A stretch of 64,000 nt of DNA from an uncultured delta proteobacterium. Its GTDB lineage: Bacteria > Myxococcota > UBA727 > VGSZ01. The stretch covers positions 32,001 through 96,000 of the forward strand of contig CAVZJB010000011.1 of assembly GCA_963775425.1 (NCBI GenBank). The letters are read 5' to 3'. The notes beneath the pieces are model-generated. The model worked only from the letters and a program-made list of their open reading frames with translations, made no database searches and was not told where the DNA came from. Shown here piece after piece: positions 56,833 to 64,000 of the stretch. How positions within the stretch are numbered: position 1 is the first letter of the stretch; every line of letters starts with the position of its first letter. Both the position numbers and the translations under genes were made by a program.

Positions 56833-58752
56833 ATGAAGCCGGACCCGACCGTTCCCAACCGGCGTTGGTGGTTCACCGCCGCCATCGTGCTCGCCGCCGT
56901 GATCGCGCTGTGGGCCGTGAACACGTACGTGGTGAGCCCGCTCGTCGAGCCCCAGAGCGTCTCGTACAGCGAGCTCATCGAGCGCGTCCATCAAGGGGAC
57001 GTCACGCACGCGCGCATCGAGCAAAACCGCGTGGTGGCCGAGCTCAAGCCGGCGTCGCAGGGAGCGAAGCAGGGAGCGAAGCCGAAGTCCATCGTGGCCA
57101 CCCGGCTGCCGGGCATCGACGAGGACTTCCTCTACAAGGACCTGGCGAGCCACGGCGTCCAGATCTCAGGCGAGATCTCGACGTCGCCGTGGTGGCAGGG
57201 CTTGCTGATCGGCTGGATGTTGCCGCTCGGGCTGCTCTTGCTGCTGTGGAGCTGGGGCTTCAAGCGCCTCGGGCAGCGCGGGCCGATCAGCTTCGGCAGG
57301 AGCGGGGCGAAGATCTACGACCGCACCGCCGGCCGCCCCACGACGTTCGCCGACGTCGCCGGCGCCGAGGAGGCGAAGTCCGAGCTGTTCGAGGTGGTGG
57401 ACCTCCTGAAGAGCCCCGCCCGCTATCGCGCCATCGGCGCGCGCATGCCCAAGGGCGTCTTGCTGGTCGGCGAGCCGGGGACGGGCAAGACCCTGCTCGC
57501 CCGCGCCATCGCCGGCGAAGCAGGCGTTCCGTTCTTCTCCATCTCGGGCTCGGAGTTCGTGGAGCTGTTCGTGGGCCTCGGCGCCGCGCGCATCCGCAAC
57601 CTCTTCGAGCAGGCCAAGGAGCGCGCGCCCTGCATCGTGTTCATCGACGAGATCGACGCCATCGGCAAGTCGCGCGCCGGCGCCGCCACCATGGCGTCGC
57701 ACGACGAGCGTGAGCAGACGCTCAATCAGCTCCTCGTCGAGATGGACGGCTTCGAGGAGAACGCCGGCGTCATCTTGATGGCGGCCACCAACCGCCCGGA
57801 GCTCCTCGATCCCGCGCTCGTGCGCGCGGGTCGCTTCGACCGCCAGGTGATCATCGAGCGCCCCGACGTCGCCGGCCGCCGCGCCATCCTCGAGCTGCAC
57901 GCGCGCCGCCTCCATCTCGGCGAGGGCGTGGACATGGCGCTCCTCGCGCGGCGCACGCCGGGCATGGTGGGGGCGGACCTCGCAAACGTCGTCAACGAAG
58001 GCGCGCTGTCGGCGGCGCGGCGCAACGCCACGGTCGTGGAACAGCGGGACTTCGAAGAAGGGCTCGACCGCGTGATGCTCGGCCTCGCCAAGGTGGGAGC
58101 GGCGCTGAGCGACGAGGAGAAGCGGCGCGTGGCCGTGCACGAAGCGGGGCACGCCGTCGTCGCGCGCTCGCTCGTGAACGCCGACCCCGTCCACCGCGTC
58201 TCCATCGTCCCGCGCACCATCGGCGCGTTGGGAATGACGCTTCAGTTGCCCGAGCAGGAGCGCAAGCTCGTGACCCAGGACGAGCTCGAGGACAGGCTCA
58301 CGGTCCTCCTCGCCGGCCGCGCGTCCGAGGAGGCCATCCTCGGGGTGACGTCGACCGGCTCCGCCGACGACATCGAGAAGGCCACCGCCATCGCGCGCGA
58401 CATGGTCATGCGCTACGGCATGGAGGCCGCCGTCGGACCCGTGTCGTACGCGCCTCCGCCGCTGCGGTTCCTGGCGGGCATCGAGATGCCGGAGCGCCAT
58501 TCGAGCGAAGCGTTCGCCGCGCGCATCGACGAGGCCGTGCGCGCCGCGCTCGAAGGGGCGCAGCAGCGCGCCGAGCAGATCGTGTCGTCGCGCCGCCCGC
58601 TCCTCGACGCGCTGATCACGAAGCTCCTCGAGAAGGAGACGTTGTACCGCGACGATCTCGCGGCCCTGTGGAGCGCGTTTCCGTCGCCCGCCCCCGGCGC
58701 GGCGCCCGCGCCTCGCAACGGGCACGACAGGGAGGCGCGCGATGTTCCGTGA
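56833..58752 (+). CDS. ftsH: ATP-dependent zinc metalloprotease FtsH
   Basis: Two TM helices, [32 protein letters not shown]. Confidence 0.95.
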   Translation: MKPDPTVPNRRWWFTAAIVLAAVIALWAVNTYVVSPLVEPQSVSYSELIERVHQGDVTHARIEQNRVVAELKPASQGAKQGAKPKSIVATRLPGIDEDFLYKDLASHGVQISGEISTSPWWQGLLIGWMLPLGLLLLLWSWGFKRLGQRGPISFGRSGAKIYDRTAGRPTTFADVAGAEEAKSELFEVVDLLKSPARYRAIGARMPKGVLLVGEPGTGKTLLARAIAGEAGVPFFSISGSEFVELFVGLGAARIRNLFEQAKERAPCIVFIDEIDAIGKSRAGAATMASHDEREQTLNQLLVEMDGFEENAGVILMAATNRPELLDPALVRAGRFDRQVIIERPDVAGRRAILELHARRLHLGEGVDMALLARRTPGMVGADLANVVNEGALSAARRNATVVEQRDFEEGLDRVMLGLAKVGAALSDEEKRRVAVHEAGHAVVARSLVNADPVHRVSIVPRTIGALGMTLQLPEQERKLVTQDELEDRLTVLLAGRASEEAILGVTSTGSADDIEKATAIARDMVMRYGMEAAVGPVSYAPPPLRFLAGIEMPERHSSEAFAARIDEAVRAALEGAQQRAEQIVSSRRPLLDALITKLLEKETLYRDDLAALWSAFPSPAPGAAPAPRNGHDREARDVP

Positions 58753-59395
58753 CCGACACGACGCCGGGCGCCAGCTCGCGTTTCGTCTGCAAGCGCACCG
58801 CGGGGAAGACGCGGTCGTCCTCGGTCTCCCGCGCGGCGGCGTGCCCGTCGCCGCCGACGTCGCGCGCGCCCTGGGGCTCCCGCTCGACATCCTGGTGGTG
58901 CGGAAGCTCGGCGCGCCGGTGCAGCAGGAGCTCGGGATGGGCGCCGTCGCCGAGGGCGGCGTGCACTACATCGACCCGCACATCGTCCGCGAGGTGGGCG
59001 CGACCCAGGGCGAGCTGGAGGCGGTCATCCGACGCGAGCTCGCGGAAGTGGAGCGCCGCGTGAAGCGGTGGCGCGGCGAGCGCCCGCCGCTGCCGCTCGC
59101 GGGGAAGACCTGCATCGTCGTTGACGACGGCATCGCCACCGGGGGCACGGTGCGCGCGGCGCTGCTCGCGTTGCGGCAGAAGGCGCCGGCCCGGATCGTC
59201 CTCGCCGTTCCGGTGGCGCCGGTGGACACGCTGGAGGCGCTGCGCGGCGTCGCGGACGAGATCGTGTGCGTGGAGCCGGTCTACGACCTGTGGGCCATCG
59301 GCGCCTGGTACGAAGACTTCGCCCAGGTGCCCGACGACGAGGTCACCGCGATCCTCGACGCTGCCCACGCGGAAGACGCGCGTCCCGCACCGTAG
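58742..59395 (+). CDS. Phosphoribosyltransferase-like protein
   Basis: FRDR.DAGR.LA, LPRGGVPVA, VVDDGIATG.T, YEDF.QV.D.EV. Confidence 0.9.
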   Translation: MFRDRHDAGRQLAFRLQAHRGEDAVVLGLPRGGVPVAADVARALGLPLDILVVRKLGAPVQQELGMGAVAEGGVHYIDPHIVREVGATQGELEAVIRRELAEVERRVKRWRGERPPLPLAGKTCIVVDDGIATGGTVRAALLALRQKAPARIVLAVPVAPVDTLEALRGVADEIVCVEPVYDLWAIGAWYEDFAQVPDDEVTAILDAAHAEDARPAP

Positions 59396-59448
59396 GAGCC
59401 AGGCCGCGGCACGCGACGTGAAGGTCACCGAGGCGGGACGGAGGCGAG

Positions 59449-60030
59449 ATGGAGCAGACGAGCGCGGATATCGGCGAGGCGCCACGCCTCGAGCAATGCA
59501 ACACGGTCGTGACCGTGCGAGAGGGCCGCACCACCGACGCCAAAGCGCTCTTCGCCCGGATGGGCGCTCCGCTGCTGCCGTCGGGGTTTCCGCGCGTCTT
59601 TCTCACGCAAGTGCCCGACCGCGCGTCGCTGGCCTACGAGCTCGAACGGCAGATGGCGCTGCAGCCGCCCCGCGGCGGGTCGATTCTGCACGCCGTGCCC
59701 GCCGAGGTCGCGTTCCTCCACGCCTCGGCCGGCGCCCTCGAGGACAAGCTCTACCCGATCTTCAACGCGTGGGCGGCGTCGGCCGCGGACAAGAGCTTCC
59801 ACGTGCGCCTGCACCGCCGCGGCGTACACGAGCGCAGGAGCGTGCAGGACGAGGAGGCGCGCCTCGCGAGCTACGTGTTCGACGGGCTCGACGCGCGCAG
59901 GCAGTCGGCGCAGGTGGACTTCGAAGACCCGGACGTCGTCTTCTACGTCGACGTCGTCGGCCGCTGGGCGGGCGCCTCACGCCTCACGCGCGAAGCCATG
60001 CAGCGCTACCCGTTCCTGCGCGTGCCGTGA
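59449..60030 (+). CDS. Stand-alone THUMP-like domain protein
   Basis: SFHVRLHRRG, VDFEDPD.V..V.V.G..AG...LTRE...RYPFL. Confidence 0.65.
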   Translation: MEQTSADIGEAPRLEQCNTVVTVREGRTTDAKALFARMGAPLLPSGFPRVFLTQVPDRASLAYELERQMALQPPRGGSILHAVPAEVAFLHASAGALEDKLYPIFNAWAASAADKSFHVRLHRRGVHERRSVQDEEARLASYVFDGLDARRQSAQVDFEDPDVVFYVDVVGRWAGASRLTREAMQRYPFLRVP

Positions 60031-60043
60031 TCGTCGAGGGCGC

Positions 60044-60472
60044 TCACACATTCAACACGACGGTCGCCTCGAACCCGCCGTCCTCGGCGGTGATGGCCAG
60101 GTCGTGGTAGGCGGCGGGCTTCAGGGGGGGCTTCCATCCCCGCGGGCGTCGCGCGCGGAGGGTCGCCCGCAGCTTCCGTTCGTCCAGCGTCAGCGCGCAG
60201 GAGACGACGACCACGCCGCGCTGTTCGGCGTAGAACAGCAGCTCGTTGAGCCACGCCACGAGGAGGGCGTCCCCGTCGGCGGCGCTCAGCTCGACGGTGT
60301 CGACGAGGGCGTCGCCCGGCTCGAAGCCCGCCTCTCCCGTGAGCACATCTGCTACCGCGCGAGCCGCCTCGGCGAAAAGGCGCTCCCGGGTGGGCGCAAA
60401 GATGCGGAGACGAAGCTCGCCGGTGTGCTCCAGCTCCTGATCTCCGCGGCGGGGGGCGCCCGATTCGCTCAT
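60044..60472 (-). CDS. Archease
   Basis: EHTGE..L...A...E.LF, LLVAWLNELLF, KPAAYH.L, ATVVLNV. Confidence 0.85.
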   Translation of the reverse strand: MSESGAPRRGDQELEHTGELRLRIFAPTRERLFAEAARAVADVLTGEAGFEPGDALVDTVELSAADGDALLVAWLNELLFYAEQRGVVVVSCALTLDERKLRATLRARRPRGWKPPLKPAAYHDLAITAEDGGFEATVVLNV

Positions 60473-60525
60473 CCATGTCGGTGGTTGCAAGGGCCGAGCC
60501 CCGCAGGCCGGCGCAGGACGCACGG

Positions 60526-60541
60526 TGGCACGAGGATTGAT
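60526..60541 (+). promoter_or_regulatory. Sigma54-like promoter for the HPF-CSD gene
   Basis: TGGCACGAGGATTGAT, one mismatch to TGGCAC-N5-TTGCW. Confidence 0.5.
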
Positions 60542-60563
60542 GACGGTGGCTCAGGAGAACGAG

Positions 60564-61139
60564 ATGGTCCATCAACCGCAGATCACCTTCCGGAACATGG
60601 AACCGAGCCCCGCCATCGAGGCGGACGTGCTGCGTCGCATCACCTGGCTCGAGCGCTTCTACCCGAAGATCATGGGTTGTCGCGTGGTCGTCGAGGCGCC
60701 GCACCGGCACCGAAGGCAAGGGAAGCTCTACCGGGTGAGCGTCGACCTCACCGTCCCCGGCGCCGAGCTTGTCGTCGGGAGAAACCCGCCGGAGCACCAG
60801 GCGCACGCCGACGCCTACGTCGCCATCCGCGACGCCTTCCGCAGCGCGCGCCGCGCGCTCCTCGATCACCTGCGGCTCGTGCGTGGCGAGGTGAAGTTCC
60901 ATGAGCCGACGCCGGTGGGACGCGTGGCCCGCCTCTTCGCCGAGCCCGGCGGCCGCTACGGCTTCCTCGAGAGCGACGACGGCCGCGACGTCTACTTCCA
61001 CGAAAACGCCGTGCTCGATGGGTGGGAAGGCGTGAACGTCGGCGACCGCGTGCGTTACGTCGAGGAGCCGGGAGATGAGGGCCCCCAGGCGAGCACGGTC
61101 GAGGTCGTCGAGGGTGCCGGTCGCAGCTCTGCGGCCTGA
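60564..61139 (+). CDS. HPF/RaiA ribosome hibernation domain fused to cold-shock domain
   Basis: QITFRNM.PS.A.E, CRVVVE.PH, DAYVAIRDAF; YGFL...DGRDVYFH.NAV, GPQAS.V. Confidence 0.9.
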   Translation: MVHQPQITFRNMEPSPAIEADVLRRITWLERFYPKIMGCRVVVEAPHRHRRQGKLYRVSVDLTVPGAELVVGRNPPEHQAHADAYVAIRDAFRSARRALLDHLRLVRGEVKFHEPTPVGRVARLFAEPGGRYGFLESDDGRDVYFHENAVLDGWEGVNVGDRVRYVEEPGDEGPQASTVEVVEGAGRSSAA

Positions 61140-61517
61140 CAGGGCAGCGGCCCGCCGTGTTCCCCCCGCCGGAGCGCGGAGCGCGTCGTGCGGGTCGAGG
61201 CGATCGCCTGCGCCGACGCCTGCGTCGACGCAGGCGTGACGCCGCATCGTGGGCGGGGCGCGCCGCTCGCGTGTCGTCCACGTCGTTATCCACGTTCACC
61301 TGTCGCATCACGTGCGCCCGTCGGCGTGCGCGGCGCGCCCGGCACCGCCGGCATGCGCGGCGCGAGCGTCGACCTCCTCGAGGCGCCCCGGGCGACGTTG
61401 GTCGCGATCGCGCAGCGTGCGGCTTGGCGCCGATACGGGTGCGCACGACGACACGCGTCCACTCGGCCCGTCGCACGCGCATCGCGGCTGGTCGCGCGTT
61501 CATCACGCGCACGCTTG

Positions 61518-61533
61518 GGGCACAAGCGATGCA
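61518..61533 (+). promoter_or_regulatory. Possible sigma54 promoter for the beta-barrel gene pair
   Basis: GGGCACAAGCGATGCA about 50 bp upstream of ATG; RBS aggag. Confidence 0.45.
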
Positions 61534-61581
61534 CAACCCACCGGGAAATCACCACGCGCCACGGCGCGACAGGAGACAGTG

Positions 61582-62235
61582 ATGAAACGAACCATGATCA
61601 TGGCGGCGATTTGCGCCTCGAGTGTCCTGGCACTTGCCGCCCCTGCATGGGCGCAGGACGCAGGAAACGACAAGAGCCAGTCCTCGTCGGCGACCGACTA
61701 CGGCGTCTACGGCACCGTCGGCGGCGGCCTCAACGGCTTCACCGAGTCAACCGTCGCCGCCGACACGAACCTCGGCGGGTATTGGGACGCGCGACTCGGC
61801 GTTGGAATGCGCTCGATCTTCGGCGCCGAGGTCGGCTACCTCGGCGGCAGCCGCAACGTCACAGCGCTCGGCCTCAACAACAGCGCGTTCCTCTACAACA
61901 ACGGTCTGCAGGGGCTCGTGCGCCTGAACGCGCCGATCACGGCGGCGCAGAACAACTTCCTCATCGAGCCGTACGCCTTCGGCGGCCTCGGCTGGCAGCA
62001 CTACGCGCTCGGAAACGCAACGACGAACACCTCCGACGTGCGCAACAACGACGACGTCATGACGGTGCCGATGGGCGTCGGGATCGGCATGGGCTACAGC
62101 AACTTCACCCTCGACCTGCGCGGCACGTACCACCAGGCGCTGTTCTCCAACATGTTCGGCAACACGAACAGCGGCTTCGACTCGGCCTCCCTGAACAGTT
62201 GGGGCGCCGGGCTCTCACTCGGGTTCATGTTCTGA
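61582..62235 (+). CDS. Outer-membrane beta-barrel protein (small, OmpA/OmpW-like), copy 1
   Basis: Signal peptide, alternating beta strands, C-terminal LSLGFMF. Confidence 0.8.
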   Translation: MKRTMIMAAICASSVLALAAPAWAQDAGNDKSQSSSATDYGVYGTVGGGLNGFTESTVAADTNLGGYWDARLGVGMRSIFGAEVGYLGGSRNVTALGLNNSAFLYNNGLQGLVRLNAPITAAQNNFLIEPYAFGGLGWQHYALGNATTNTSDVRNNDDVMTVPMGVGIGMGYSNFTLDLRGTYHQALFSNMFGNTNSGFDSASLNSWGAGLSLGFMF

Positions 62236-62263
62236 CCCGGCTTCGTGCCGACAGGAGGATGCG

Positions 62264-62932
62264 ATGAAGCGAACCATGATGATGGCGTCGCTGTGCGCGA
62301 GCGCGTTGGTGCTGGCTGTGCCGGCGCTCGCGCAGGAGCAGAGCAAGGACGAGGCGTCGCAGGGACAGATACAGAGCTTCATGTCGGACTACGGCATCTA
62401 CGCCTCGGTGGGCGGCGGCCTCAACGGCTTCACCCAGCCCACCGTGGCCGCGGACACGAACCTGGGCGGCTACTGGGACGCGCGCCTCGGCATCGGCGTG
62501 AAGTCGTTTATGGGAGCCGAGCTCGGCTACATCGGTGGCACGCGCAACGTGACTGCCCTCGGGCTCAACAACAGCGCGTTCCTGTACAACAACGGCCTCG
62601 AGGGCCTCGTGCGGCTGAACGCGCCGCTGCAGGCGGCGAAGGCGCCCGAGAACCTCAGCGTCGAGCCGTACGCGTTCGGCGGTCTCGGATGGCAGCACTT
62701 CGCCCTCGGCGGCGTCACGTCCAACACCTCCGACGTGCGGAGCAGCGACGACATCATGACGGTCCCGCTCGGCGTCGGCGTCGGCTTCAACTACGGCAAC
62801 GCCACCATCGACGTGCGGGGCACCTACCACCAGGCGCTGTTCTCCGACATGTTCGGAAACACGGGCAGTGGCTTCGACCCGGAGTCGCTGAACAACTGGG
62901 GCGCCGGGCTGTCGCTCGGCTTCGTGTTCTGA
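62264..62932 (+). CDS. Outer-membrane beta-barrel protein, copy 2 (tandem paralog)
   Basis: Long identical peptides shared with copy 1; C-terminal LSLGFVF. Confidence 0.8.
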   Translation: MKRTMMMASLCASALVLAVPALAQEQSKDEASQGQIQSFMSDYGIYASVGGGLNGFTQPTVAADTNLGGYWDARLGIGVKSFMGAELGYIGGTRNVTALGLNNSAFLYNNGLEGLVRLNAPLQAAKAPENLSVEPYAFGGLGWQHFALGGVTSNTSDVRSSDDIMTVPLGVGVGFNYGNATIDVRGTYHQALFSDMFGNTGSGFDPESLNNWGAGLSLGFVF

Positions 62933-63084
62933 AGGCGCCGATCCCCGAAGGCGCCGGGACGCTCGGCGAAGTCGCCCCGGTCCTCCTCGCTGTCCCGCGC
63001 CCGCGGGGCGGAAGAGGAGGACCTGGACGCTCGACGTACAGCTCGCCTTCGCGCATTCGTGGCCGCCTGGGCTACGGTGCGCGC

Positions 63085-63855
63085 ATGGTCACGGTCCCTG
63101 CGCCCGTCGGTGCCGGCCGCGACACGGCGAAGCGCAAGGCCGCGCGCGCCGCGCTCGCGGCGGTGCTCTGGACCGACGACGGCGCGCGTCGCTTGCCGCG
63201 CGAAGCGGAGCTCGTGCGCGCGCTCGAGGCATGCGATCCGCGCGACGTGTGGTGGGTGTGCGAAGCGAGCAGCGCGGGCCCCGTGTACCTGTTGCCGACC
63301 CGCGAGTGGATCGGGGCGCTCGCGCGCTTCGTCGGTCGCCGCGGCGTCAAGCGCGTGCTCGAGGTGGCCGCGGGTGACGGGTTTTTGTCGGCCTGCCTGG
63401 CGCGAGCGCGCCCCAAGCTCCACGTCGTCGCGAGCGACGACGGCTCGTGGTCGCGCGCCGAGGGGCGCATGAGCCGCGCCGACCGGCGGCGGTACCGCGG
63501 CGTGTCGCTCTCCGGCATCCACGCCGGCGTCGACGTCCTGCGCCTCGGCGCCGTCGCGGCAGTGAAGCGCGCGGCGGCCGACCTCGTGATCGTGAGCTGG
63601 GCGCCGCCGGGGACCGTCGTCGAGCGCGTGATCCGCGCGCCGTCGCGGCTGGTGCTCGACATCGGCGTCGACGGCGACGTCACCGGCAACGGCACGCGCA
63701 CCTGGCGCTTCGCCAAGGAATTCCTCGAGGGGCCGCTGGCGGACCGGGCGCTGTGCCGGCTGGACGCGCGACCGTCGAAGTCGCGGGCGACGCGCGTGAC
63801 CCTCTACTACGGCCGCGCCTCGGGCCACTACGCCGTCGAGCGCGGCGTCTGGTGA
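63085..63855 (+). CDS. Putative SAM-dependent methyltransferase-fold protein
   Basis: RVLEVAAGDGFLS motif I-like; DLVIVSWAPP. Confidence 0.6.
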   Translation: MVTVPAPVGAGRDTAKRKAARAALAAVLWTDDGARRLPREAELVRALEACDPRDVWWVCEASSAGPVYLLPTREWIGALARFVGRRGVKRVLEVAAGDGFLSACLARARPKLHVVASDDGSWSRAEGRMSRADRRRYRGVSLSGIHAGVDVLRLGAVAAVKRAAADLVIVSWAPPGTVVERVIRAPSRLVLDIGVDGDVTGNGTRTWRFAKEFLEGPLADRALCRLDARPSKSRATRVTLYYGRASGHYAVERGVW

Positions 63856-63940
63856 GGCCTGCGGCGCTGCGCGCCGACCGGACGAGGGGAGTTGTCATCG
63901 CGCCGCGGATTCGCGAAAGCGCGCGCACAAGGAGAATTCC

Positions 63941-64000
63941 ATGCGCGCAAGCTCCGTCCCTTCTCTCGCCGGCCTCGCCGCCGCCGTCCTCCTCTCCGCC
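63941..64000 (+). CDS. Start of a secreted protein (partial)
   Basis: RBS aggaga, MRASSVPSLAGLAAAVLLSA signal-like start. Confidence 0.5.
   Translation, partial: MRASSVPSLAGLAAAVLLSA

Overview
High-GC bacterial DNA, most consistent with a Myxococcota/deltaproteobacterial genome. Evidence: MYXO-CTERM tails, an AglZ/FrzS-like pseudo-receiver coiled-coil protein, DUF4388 and FHA signalling proteins, many Cys-rich lipoproteins and three (Gly-Glu)n-linker proteins. About 60 genes can be supported. I found no rRNA, tRNA or CRISPR array. Most of the long overlapping ORFs in the track are antisense or out-of-frame shadows caused by high GC. The left and middle of the window hold secreted/lipoprotein operons, a WtpA plus fused permease-ATPase tungstate/molybdate transporter facing an OprP-like porin, redox genes and orphans. 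Standout items: (1) a Cyc2-like cytochrome-porin followed by a three-CxxCH protein that appears to join a MYXO-CTERM-anchored cytochrome to a lipoprotein cytochrome, opposite a membrane-anchored LuxR regulator; (2) an exported lipoprotein with two truncated-globin domains; (3) a protein with a T3SS translocator/filament-like C-terminus; (4) a probable three-way-junction RNA leader upstream of a DUF507 gene; (5) right of an IS remnant at about 49.3 kb, a stress/dormancy cluster (MscS-DUF5752 fusion, TreT, OtsA-OtsB fusion, glucan phosphorylase, FtsH, THUMP, archease, HPF-CSD, duplicated beta-barrels) with several sigma54-like promoters. All family calls come from motif recognition by eye, not database searches.
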